Of a DNA stretch of 64,000 nucleotides, positions 1 through 11,986 are shown in pieces; within the stretch, counting starts at the first letter, position 1, and each line of letters begins with the position of its first letter. The stretch comes from Ruditapes philippinarum. Taxonomy: Eukaryota. The translations under genes were made by a program, and so were the position numbers. The DNA lies in contig NW_026859747.1 of the NCBI RefSeq assembly GCF_026571515.1, forward strand, positions 248,001 to 312,000, read 5' to 3'. The notes below the pieces were generated by a model. It was not told the origin of the DNA, searched no databases, and worked only from the letters and a program-made list of their open reading frames with translations.

Positions 1-154
1 AACTGCTACTTTTTTGCACTGTGTGGCGATATACTTGCAGTACAGACGTTGTCTCATAGTTAAGTGTCTAGCATGATTTTAGAAGTGTCATCTGATTTTA
101 GAATGCACACAAATTATGTAATACACTACACTACTAAGATATAAACATAAAATA

Positions 155-384
155 TTGCGCAATGGAAAACCAACATAGTGCGTTTGCGACCAGCATGGAT
201 CGAGACCAGCCTGCGCATCCGCGCAGTCTGATCAGGATCCATACTGTTCGCTTACAAACCCTTTAACAAGTAGAGAAACTGATAGCGAACAGCATGGATC
301 CTGACCAGACTGCGCGGATGCGCAGCTGGTCTGGATCCATGCTGGTCGCAAACGCACTATGTTGGTTTTGTCATGGTGCGGCTC
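155..384. mobile_element. Palindromic MITE (GAGCCGCG..ATGACAAAACCAACAT family), left end truncated
   Basis: Long inverted arms AAAACCAACATAGTGCGTTTGCGACCAGCATGGATC / GATCCATGCTGGTCGCAAACGCACTATGTTGGTTTT. Same family as 1389-1740 and 6193-6403. Confidence 0.85.
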
Positions 385-421
385 AAATATTGCGCAATGA
401 CACGGTATCTTATATTTACAG

Positions 422-3400
422 GCCACTCTCGAAGTGATGACTCTTGCTATAGGGATATTTGCATTCATTGAGCGTGGTTTTATATTGACGCTCGATGCTA
501 TTGGTTGGGACTCAGAAATAGACGAAGAAGCATACGTAAAACAAATACGTGATTACACCAAGTTTATGTATTTCCTTCTCATCAATGTAAGAAGTAAGTA
601 AACTACAACACTAAAAATACTTCTCAATTCATTTATTCTTTATAAAGTTCAAAGTTTAAATTATATGTTCTAAAATGGGATGTTTGAATTGCGCACTCAC
701 ACCAGATAAGCAAGTTTTTTTTTTTATAACATACGTGTCATCAATGATGTTGTCGACCCCGTTATGACAATAGATCAAAGTTAGGAGCAATGGAACAGCA
801 ACATGATATGGAAATTGCAGTCTCGGTTTGATTAAGTCTGAACACCAGGGATTAATATGTAAATATGCAATATCTCTAACGCCCCCCCCCAGCACCGGCT
901 GAAGCGGTATACAATTTTCAACATTAAACATGCTGGAGTCAATGATTCCGAATGACTTGGACTTATAACAATACTGAACAGATAAAGGTATGGACCAACG
1001 GTAAAAGTCGATGATGAAAGTTTTTAGTTGTAAACTTTAGATTAATGTCAAGGATTTAAAATACTATCTGACCTATGTATCTCAGTTAGAAGTAATAGTT
1101 ATTCATTGGATATAAAATTTTATTTCACATTTATTGTTTTATAATAATTTGTTTGTAAAATAAACGGTCGTTTTTATTTCAGTTTGTTTTATTGTTGCCC
1201 TCTCATTAGCATGTGTTGCAGGCATATTGGGAATTCTGCACATGTTATCGTCATACAGGTAATTATTCCTAATATGATGGATAATCTTGTGTGCACGTGT
1301 TATCCCTCCTGTATGTGTCTACTGTAATGTCTTTTGTTTTTTTATGTGAATAAACTTATTACGGATACGGAGTTCAATAATTTACAAATGAGCCGGGTCA
1401 CGACAAAAGCAACATAGTGGGTTTGGGACCAGCATGGATCCAGACCATTCGCGCAGTCTGATCAGGATCCATGCTGTTCGCTATCAGTTTCTCTACATGT
1501 AATAGAGTTTGCGCAATGGAAAACCAATATAGTGCGTTTGCGACAAGCATGGATCCAGACCAGTCTGCGCATCCGCGCAGTCTGATCAGGATCCATACTG
1601 TTCGCTTACAAACCTTGAAACAAGTAGAGAAACTGATAGCAAACATCATGGATCCCGATCAGACTGCGCAGATGCGCAGGCTGGTCTGGATCCATGCTGG
1701 TCGCAAACCCACTATGTTGGTTTTGTCATGACGCGGCTCAAATGTGACAAAGATTAAAGAAAGAACACAGATGTTTGCTTATCAAGTTTAATTTTGACGG
1801 GAATCGCCTGTCTATAATTAAGAACTGCGCATTTAAGCATTCATGGAATAATTCTGATATGTATAGGTCAAGGTAAAGAATCAGGTTATCATCACAACTA
1901 CAATAAAATCAATGATAGAATAAGATTAAAGCTCTGTATAGCTCACTAGAAATTATATTTTTATCTGTTCATTTCTTGAGTTGTTATTTTTTTGCTGTTA
2001 ATATTGTCGCTTGGTTCATGCACATGCCAAGGTTTTACGGTTCTTAATGAAACGGAAGCCAAAATTAGACATCCAAACAAAGTCCAAATCATACATACAT
2101 TCGTTTAGAAGTTTTTGAATTTTACATTTACATGTTTTTATATTTTGCTGTAGACATTTTGTCCCGAATTTCGACAAATTGAAAATCAATATGCAAGAAA
2201 CAAACGCCACTTAATCATACTAAACGGCTAAGATTTTCGTGCAAGAATATAGGTCACATTTGATATGTTAAGACCAAACAGGTTTGCTTTAAAAAATCAG
2301 TGTTACAATGAACACATGTGACTGTTTAAAAATCGCTTCTCAAGCACATTAAAAACCTGACGTACGAATAAAGTAATCCTTGTTCGAATTCCCATATTTA
2401 AAGCTAGTGTCGTTGAATATGTATTATGCTTATCTTTACTATCTATTTCAGGACAAATTTGTTTGACTTGTACAAAGGAGATAATACTCATATACCACAT
2501 AGGTCAACAAGATCTAATACGTCACTGTTGGTAGGCACATTTCATATATATTTTGACAATACGAAGAACTTGTGCAATATGTCATACGTGTTTTGTGTTA
2601 GAAATTAAAATTTTAGAATTTCACTGTCACAGTGTTTGTACTATGTAAGTAACACCAACGATTGTTGAGAATAGTAACGTTGTTTGACTTATTATTGTAT
2701 CACAGTTTGGGGACCTTTCTGTTGAAAATGTGTCAAGGTTAAATCCTATACATATGCATGCACAGTGCGGTAACTGGAGTGCAGGTATTAGTAACTCGCA
2801 CTCCAAAGCATGCTCATTGATTGGCTCATTTTTGCTGGGGTTTACTTTTTGTGATGGAAGAGAAAGGGAAAGCGACAGAAATATCAGATTCAGATGCTCG
2901 TTCATTGGTTATTTTTTCCCGGAGTTTCATATTGTGGCAACAGGAAACGTGTTTTTATGTTTGATTATGATACGAAAGAGCATCAAAACACTCGGCAATC
3001 TGATTAATACTCGGGGGGATACGCCCCCTCGTACAAATCAGATAGCCTCGCGATTCGATGCTCTTTCTATTTCTTATAATTATTATCTTTCTTTATTTAA
3101 GGTTGGAAGTATGCGATATGCAGGGTATCAAGTGGCCTACATCGGATGGGGTAAAAATGTCATTCTTTTATTAACTCATTTAATTATTCTTTTCACAGAC
3201 TTTTGATAAAAAGTTTCAACACATTATTAAATTAGAACAAATTATTATGGTCAGTATTTGGAATATAGATTAATACGAATGCATGTGATTTGATTCTTGC
3301 TACACCCTTGAACCTCCTATTAAATCCCGCAACCAAATCAATGTAATAACAACACGCGAGCATTTTCTCTTTTCTCCAATGCCTGAAAAAAGACACAGTA

Positions 3401-6400
3401 TTGCACACTTAATGTTGTTTTCATTTGGTAGTCATGAATAAATAATCTATTTCAGGTTTAGTCTTGCATTTCATCATACTGTTGATCATTGCTGTTGCCC
3501 TGTGCACTATAATTACAATGATAATATATGGGTATTATCAGTGGATGCTGACAGTTCTTTTCAATGCTTGGTTAGTTTATTTAAAACTCTACTCATCGGA
3601 TAAGTTTGACAATACGGTTAAATGAATGAATGGATAGGTACCTAATCTACCGAGTTTAATAGATGTACTCCGGAATACATGTAATCTTAGTATCTTGGGT
3701 AATCCCAGCTAATCCGGGTGACAAACTTGCTTCGAAAATAAGCGCAGCAGATTGATTTTTTTTATTATGAAAGGTAGCGCGCCGTGCATCGCCGGATAAC
3801 CACTGTTGATTAAGGCCGCTATTCTATTGGTACGCGTTCCGTGACTCGCGTCCGTGATCCGTGCCCGGTGCATGTCCGTGAGTATTATGTGACGTAATAT
3901 AAATGTTAATGGTTCGGCCGTGGTTATCCGACGAGGTGCACCGGTAAAAGTTTCATTTTACCGGGGGATAAGTTCGGAAAACCCAACATTTGCTACGTTC
4001 GGATTACAATAATTACACCATAACATATTTGTTAACAAGATATCACATGTCTAAGTTTGTGGTTGAATCTATTGTTATTCAAATTTAAATCAAATCAGAG
4101 TAGGGGCCAATCCACCGGTACAAACAAACTTTTACTGTAACAGCTTCACGGTGCACCACTGGTCACAATAGATAAGTAAAATCTGTTGTTTTTTTTTTCA
4201 AATCTGTAACTGTAATTAGCTGGGAAAACCCCAAAATGTACATAATATTGCTAACAGGGGTAATTGCCACTCGTCACGAGCAAGCTGGGGGATAACCTCT
4301 CTTTATTTTAGACACATGTTTCAGTTTATTTACGTTAACTATATTTAGTTTATTTATAATCCACATATGTACATGATAAATTACATAAAATAAAATTTAC
4401 GGATTGAGTAGGAAGCTTGTAAAGCTTTTTTGAAAACTTTCTTAACTATATTTATATGACATGGATATAGAATGAATGTCAGATATGTAAACACTGTTCT
4501 CTAGTAATGGACGAGGGAAAGATTTAAATTGTTTATATCATTTACAATGATTTGAATAATTTTACTGAAATACTTCCCATAAAATGTGTATGACATTATT
4601 GAATCATTTTTGTTGTTGTTGACATTTTACCATCCAGTGTAAAGATATACTAAAAGTATTGTTCAACCTTACACAATGTTTTCCATTTACAGGCCAGCTG
4701 CGGTAATGACAATTATTATAATGTTGACTCAGACACTATTATCCAAATTTGCATTCTTACAAGGAAGAGGGGAATTTTTGGCAATTGATAACAGGTAAAA
4801 CCATTAGATTATTTCTCGCACAGAAATGGTCCATATATGTGAGATAGCATTGGCCTTATAAATGTTATAGCACCAATATTACAACAATGCAGCTTTTGCA
4901 TATCTATATTCTTAACCATACTTGTTTTACTCTGCACGGATTTTAAAGTACACTTTGTAATATAAAACGAGGTCCACACAGAAAACTGTCACAAATATTA
5001 TAATTTTCTATTGATAATTTCTCATTTAGGACGCAATAGATTTTCATCTTTTCTTGATGTCTGACATTTAATATCACTTATCAAAATAATTGAAGGCAAT
5101 ACAAATATATAAGCTACAAAGCCATACATATTTCAAAAGATGTGATAAGATAAAAAAAAACATTTTTTTTAAATTTTATGTTCAAAAACATTTGAACATA
5201 TATGTAGTTGAAACTAAATTTTTTATTTCTTTCTTTTTCCAGACGTGTGCTATTCAGTTTCACGTTCTTCATGTTCTTCTACAATATCTTTGTTGGATTT
5301 CTATCATGCTTATTAAGAATCGTTAAATCGATCGTGATCGGGGCAATATTTCTTCCCCGTTTGGACAACAGCGCTTTACCAAGGCGATTCCAGATGTTTG
5401 ATCCCGGTAAGTGTTCTTGTTATTTTGTTTAAAGTGGCATTACTTTGAAGGAGATATATTCAAAGCGGAAGCATTCATAAAACATCTCTTAATTAAATCC
5501 AGTATATAACTGAAAGTTTTTATAAATACATGCGTCATATACAATTTTGTTAACTCATTACATATCTTGTTTTTCTCTTGATAGTCATTATATCTCAGAA
5601 GTTCGTATTGAATCTAGCGACCAATTTTTGGCAAAATGTTCCTAACTAAAACGAGGGATAGTAGAAGGCGATATACATAAAGTCATCATTTTGTACTCAT
5701 TCTCATTCAAAAACAGATAAATAAAATATGTTCTAACAAGTTCTGTCGGATATGATGTAATTCAGATGCATTTTATGTTGAATAATGTTTCATCAAAACT
5801 TTAACTTTACTGTTGTAAAAGTATAATTATACGTTTTATCATGTTATTGAAAGTAGAAGTATTCCAAATGATTATTGTAATTTATAAACTAGTAACTTAA
5901 TATCAAAGACTCGAAAGTACTTTTATTCATCCAGCTATCTTTAAAGATAGCTTCATGAGATTATTGTACTTCCATGTATGTATAGCTTATATTCCAATAC
6001 CTATTAGTTCGCTTCAAATGACAAGTAATACGACATTTTTCATGTTTGAATATTGATTTCTGCTGAAGCCGGTGCTTGGGTGGGGGCGTGGACGGTAGCT
6101 TGCAGTTACCAGTATTTTGATTTTCTACGTTATGGTTTTAACTGTGGCTTAAGTCACGCGGAAGTTGCTGATTGACACCAATATCCATTACGGAGCCGCG
6201 TCATGACAAAACCAACATAATGGTTTTGCGACCAACATGGATCCAGATTCCGCGCAGTCTGATCAGGATCCATGCTGTTCGCTATCATTTTTTCTACATG
6301 TTATAGGGTTTGTAAGCCCTGATCAGACTGCGCGGATGCGCATGCTGGTCTAGATCCATGCTGGTTGCAAACTCATTATGTTGGTTTTGTCATGGCGCGG

Positions 6401-7527
6401 CTCATATAGTACATTTTGTAATTGTATGTATTTAAGGTTTTGCAAACTACTGTGGCTTTATACATGTGGAATGTGCTCACACGCATCCTGTTCTGGTCAT
6501 GTTTTTGAGAATTTTACTTCACATAAATGAGGATAAAAATTCGTCAGAGTCAAGTGATAGCAATCATACAGCTGTTGAAATGAACGGTAAAGGTAAACAA
6601 CATTCTAAACTTTTACTCTCCAGTACGTACCATCCATGAACATACTTAATCACACCGACCGTGCGACATTGTCAATTTTGCTGTTCTGGGCGTTCTGTAG
6701 GGTTTCTCTTTTTCTATTTTAATTACATAAAAAGTTATGCAAGGCATTTTGAAGATTGAGACACGTTTTGGTTAAATAGTCAATACATTATGTACACCTT
6801 TTAACATTATCGTCAAATATTAAAAAGGACAGCTACGTTATGCTATATTTTCTACAGACATCTTCTAATAAGTTTTGTTTCCAAACCTGCTGAGGAACAG
6901 CGATGACCAAAGATATATTTTATCTTTGAATTTTAATTGAAATATAATTTGAACTGATTATAATGATGCCACCTGACCCTGATTGTATATTAAGTTCTTT
7001 ATATTCGTATATTAGGTAAATCCAGCAAAGCTAAACCTGTCAACGCAAGAGCGAGAGCACGATGGTTTTTGATATACACTTTGCACAATAACCCTACCAT
7101 AAGGGTGTACAGAAAATCATATATGCAGTATATGAGAATGCTACAAGAACGTTTGGCAAGGTATTATAACCTTGACAAAGCAACCATGGGAAACCTTGCA
7201 AAATCAATTAATACAGTTTATACAGACAATGGAAAGGCCGACATCAATGATATCTCAGTTGAAGTGAATGGAGGATTTAATGCGGCACAGGCAAATTGGA
7301 ACGCACTGTTTGGTATGAACAAATTAATGAGGCAAATTCAAAAGGATATGGCTGAAGGGACCGGAGCATTTGCTAAAGATTTTGACGAACAGAATAATCA
7401 AACAGAGAGTGATGAAAATAAAGGTTCTGGTAACAATGTGATAGTAAAAAACCCAAAGGGTATGTGGCAGAAAGCAGCCTTCTCATCACTCTCAACAAAA
7501 AATATCACTCCAAGTACTAATTTATAA
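422..7527 (+). CDS. STRA6L: STRA6-like (STRA6/STRA6L retinol-uptake receptor family) membrane protein, paralog A; 5' exons lie upstream of the window
   Basis: Phase-consistent GT-AG exons: 422-593, 1183-1258, 2452-2530, 3102-3150, 3456-3570, 4693-4794, 5243-5406, 6437-6586 (or 6592), 7016-7527 (stop). Translation has STRA6 family motifs: YAGYQVAYIGWG, LAIDNRR, FFYNIFVGFLSCLLRI, PRLD...FDPGFANYCGFIHVECAHTHPV, and the C-terminal RARARWFLIYTLHNNPTIRVYRK (vertebrate STRA6 has RARARW.LAYTLL.NP.L..FRK). Confidence 0.92.
1389..1740. mobile_element. Palindromic MITE, composite (about 1.5 copies)
   Basis: TGAGCCGGGTCACGACAAAAGCAACAT ... ATGTTGGTTTTGTCATGACGCGGCTCA termini, with an internal second left arm starting at ~1510. 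Confidence 0.85.
3692..4235. mobile_element. Probable non-autonomous DNA transposon remnant in an intron of paralog A
   Basis: Imperfect inverted repeat TTGGGTAATCCCAGCTAAT / ATTAGCTGGGAAAACCCCAA around a GC-richer core. Exact ends are uncertain. Confidence 0.45.
6193..6403. mobile_element. Palindromic MITE, same family
   Basis: GAGCCGCGTCATGACAAAACCAACATAAT ... ATTATGTTGGTTTTGTCATGGCGCGGCTC inverted termini. Confidence 0.85.
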
Positions 7528-7897
7528 ACTGTACATACTATAAGAACTTTTTTACATACTTATGTTTATGAATGATGCCAGTTTAAGGCACCGCTTGGTT
7601 TTTAAAAGGGTAAAATCCTGCCTTGCTCGTACAATTTCCAAAGTCGGAAAGTTAAATACTTTAATGTTTTTTGTTTCTATATTATTAAGGTGAATTCTAG
7701 CTTGATAAAAACTGTCATAGCAATATAATTTTATTGTATACTATTATTTTCAATTTATATATAAATATAATCATTATGTTTTTAGTAATGGCAAATTTAT
7801 TTTTAAAATTACACTCTTGTAATATAGTTGAATCAGATTGAAATATTTTATCTAAGCTTTAGATGTTTGTTATATTTTAAACTTTATTTGTCTTTAC

Positions 7898-7903
7898 AAT
7901 AAA
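7898..7903 (+). terminator. Candidate polyadenylation signal of STRA6-like paralog A
   Basis: AATAAA ~370 bp after the stop codon, followed by T-rich sequence. Weak evidence in AT-rich DNA. Confidence 0.35.
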
Positions 7904-8119
7904 TGATATTATTTTTATATATTTCTTAAATGTTCTTTTCTTGATTTTTTTTACATTTCTACAATGCTCTTTCGTTTTATTTAATTTTACATACTTTTTT
8001 AGTCTATTATGAAAGATAAATTGCAGATTTTATTTCTTTTATTCCAAAGACCCAGGCAGATCGTTCATTTTAATAGAACATTATACATGTAGTTTTGTCA
8101 ATGTTGATTATGATGACGA

Positions 8120-8670
8120 TACTGATGACGATCTAAAGAGGTATCGAAGGTGATAATGTCTAAAGAGATATCGAAGGTGATAATATCTAAATAGATACCG
8201 ACGACGGTGATAATTGTAGTCGGTGATAATGTCTAAAGAGATACTGGCAACGGTGATAATGTCTAAATTGTTATCGACGAAGGTTATAATGTCTAGAGAG
8301 ATACCGACAACGGTGATAATTGTTGTCGGCGATAATGTCTAAAGAGATACCGACAAAGGTCTTAAGATATAATGACGATGGCAATCATTTTATGATATAC
8401 ATGTATTTTGATATGATAAAGACGGCGATGATGTCTAAATGGAACTTGTGCTATTTTTATTTTTCTATTTCAGAAGTTTTTTTGTCTGTAATTCATGCGT
8501 TATTGCATTAATTCATGACATTCTTTACAAACATTTATTCTGTTTTAACTAAGAAAAACCGACGATTGTGATAATGTCTTAAAATATCGACAAAGATCGA
8601 CAAAGGTCTTCAGAGACGACGGTAACGATGTCTTTAGGTATGATAAAGACCCTGATGGTGTCTAAATTGA
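8120..8670. repeat. Degenerate ~25-30 bp minisatellite (GGTGATAATGTCTAAAGAGATACCGACAAC), with a partial block duplication to ~8830
   Basis: GATAATGTCTAAAGAGATA-like units repeat about 10 times between 8130 and 8670. Confidence 0.8.
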
Positions 8671-11600
8671 ACCAGTGCTGTTTTAATTTGCTATTTAAGT
8701 TGGTTTGTATGTCTATATGATAAAAGCAAAACGGGTTGGGCCACAAGTTTTAACAACATTTGAAAGCTGGCCTTTCCCACAAGTATATAATTCATGCGTT
8801 ATCACAGTATCATGACATTTTTGACAAACATATTATTTATATTCATAAAATAATATGGAAATAAACAACGAAAAAAGGACGTGTTTCTATTTTTTGTATC
8901 ATTAAATTGATTTTTTTCCAAAATGTTAAAGTCAGATACCTTTATTATTCATTATATAATTTCAGTTTTTTCTGTCTGTGATGAAAGAAACATCGTAACA
9001 GTTACAAGTAAATAATTTTTGTTTCAATATGTTTTTAGTAAGTCAGACGGAGTGTACTACATGTATTAATTTTTGGAATTTTCTTTAAAAATTGTAAATT
9101 ATAAGCACAAACATATGCACTAGAAATTAAAATCTTGAAGTAATAGATTTTGTACAAGAATGATATTCCTTACAAAAACACATCAAATACTTTCAAATGT
9201 CACCAACAAATTATTTTGCAAAACGAACTTAAATATAATCTTTTTTCTTAAATGTCAATGCAGCTGAAAAAACACTGAACGATGTGTAATCAAATGACGA
9301 AGTCTTAATTAAAAGGTATGTTTGACAAATTTGTCAAACATCATATTCCTGTGTGAATTTAAAACAATACGGATTCATACACATCAATTTTACAAACAAG
9401 AACTTAATGTTAAATTTAATCTTACAATTTTTCTCTCTGTAGGTTGTTCAATCATTTCCAGTTCCGAGACGTTAAAATGCGAGTATGAAGTTAGATTTCC
9501 ATAGCTCGTCAGTATAAACTAATAAGATATAACAAGAAAACAACTTTTTATTTGTTTGATTTCATTTTACAAGTTTTAAACACTATCAACTTATCAATAA
9601 AAGAAAAAATAAATACAAAAAAAAAACTCATTTTACTTAAATGTTTCATATTTATCTTTTTAGTGTAAAGTTTTTACATTCTATGGACACGGCTTCACGC
9701 ATCAAATCAAAACGGTTGTGATGCCGGACACACAAAACCGTTGTAACAAATAGTATGAAATACAGTAAAAGAGTTTCTCAGAAAATTAGAATGATTATGA
9801 GGTTTTTGTCTTTCAAATGCTCGTTCACAAACTGTTTAATTGTCATCAACATATTTACAAAGTAAACACGAAATATTATTAATTGATACTGAAGCAAGAA
9901 ATTGGCTCTTAGAGACAGAAACATTCATCGCTCGTGTGACAAAATTTCTATTCGTGTGTCGCAGAAAAAACTCCATAGACGATTATTTGAAGATGACCTT
10001 CAATTTGATGGAGCTGTGTGGGACCGTATATGTCACGGAACGCATATTGCACACTTGTGGGACAATATTCCAATGTTGCATTCAGTCGTTTCAACTATTG
10101 TGAACAAACTGATTTGTTATAAACACACACTTCTCAATGGATAAAAGAAATCACTGTATCATTTATTGTGAGACTTTATAATTCAATAACTATGGTTAAT
10201 AGCGAACACAAACACCTGTAACTTCCGATCACAGAACGATTTATGGCAAACTTTTTAAGTTCAACTTGTATTATTTCTAAAAGCACAGGAAGGGAAGTGA
10301 TTTTGTTAACCTACTATACATTTAATAGATATTAAAATAAATGGTATTTAGGTCACGTTTATCATGATAAAGATTGCAATTTTGTTTATAGGACATTTTA
10401 CCTTTATATCAATTTGAACATATCTTTTCACCGCATCGTACATGTGCATGAACATATTCAAGATAAAGCAATGATTTTATTTTTAAAAAATCTTCCTTTG
10501 GACGACATACGCGTTGAGGAAGCTTCTGTAAGTAAAGCAATTATTGTTTATTCATTTATAAATAATGTATCACAATTGACATATTAAGATAATTTTACAC
10601 AGCAAGTAAATACTTGTTTAACTTGATAGTACAGTGAAAACAAGATAAATGGGTGTAATCTACATGTATACAGTTGAAAATGTAATTTGCTAAAGGGCTT
10701 GGAGGCTGTGACACTTTTCCATTATCCCTCATGTACAGACTCTATAAAACCGAGTCTGCAATTTTCATGTAATTTTGTTATGATTAATGCTTCTGAGGGA
10801 TCCCCCTTTCTCCAGAACTTAGTTTAATAATTGGTTTTTAAATTATATATATATTTTACACATATAAACAGAACATTTATAGTCTTATTTGTTTCTTTAT
10901 AATTATTAATACTTTGATATCCTATTACAGTGTCTTACGTGTGTATGCTTGTATAAATATACATAGTGACATAGTATGTGTCGGGATCGGAAGAAAACTT
11001 CTTTTGTAAAGATTTCAGTGTAGTGCATCTGTTTCATGTCCGCAAGGAAGGTTCTCGCCAAAAATATTTCTTATAATAACAATCAAATACGAACATGTTG
11101 TATTTTGTCTTGTAGAGATTATAAGTGTTGTGTTATTTTCTATTTTTTTTCTCATTTCACGTTTTTCTTTTGTTTTCAATGTACTAACATCTAGCATGTG
11201 GGTGCAACCTAATATTGAGTTGCAAGTTTTATGACTTCTACATACAACAGAGGATAAAAAATTTAATTACCGGTATATTCAAATTATTTGAGATGATAAA
11301 CAAAATATCTTCATATTCCAATCCGTTTGCATCTATTGTAAAATTAAAATAATAAGGAAAGAAAAGAAAGAGAAAAAATGTTCTACAACTTGTAAGATCG
11401 AACTCGTGATAAAATTTAAGTTACATTGCATCCCAATGACTTTGATAACTTTGCCATCAAGACATATCAAAATCGGTTTCTTGTCTTGTATTATATTCGC
11501 CTCTATAAAACCTGTTTTACCTTTTCAGACAGATATTTTAAACTTTCGTATAGTATTTACGCAAAAAATGCAACGTCACTCTCACATTATCATAGCGGCA

Positions 11601-11986
11601 CAGTAGATTGCAAATTTTGCACGTTTGTTATCAAAGTGCAGTCAAAATATTGGAAATGATTTGGGAAATTTTGTTCCGCATTCTTCTGTTTGCCTATTAA
11701 TAAAATACATATGCATTACATGAGTGTTTCCGCCGATAAGAAAAAGCGGATAAGCGTTCAGATAATTAGATGATTATTTAACATTAAACCGGTATTTCAT
11801 GCACATTGTACCGCTTATAAATTTAAAATGTTAACATTTGTCAAATCGAATATGAATGAACAAACAAAATGAAAGTATAACTTATTTCCTCATCTTATTA
11901 AAGAAGGCTACGAGGAGGATTAAATCCTGCGCCATTTGAAATTTGAGAGAGAGAAAAAAAGGAGAGAGCATTAAACAGACTTGACA

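Noticed and set aside
232-1731. ORFs 232-468, 1398-1649 and 1471-1731 (SMDPDQ..RMRRLVWIHAG)
   Set aside because: Translations of the palindromic MITE inside introns, not genes.
9840-10144. Overlapping 80-87 aa ORFs with coding-like composition between the STRA6-like genes
   Set aside because: No recognisable domain or convincing splice structure; possibly a decayed transposon fragment that I cannot assign.
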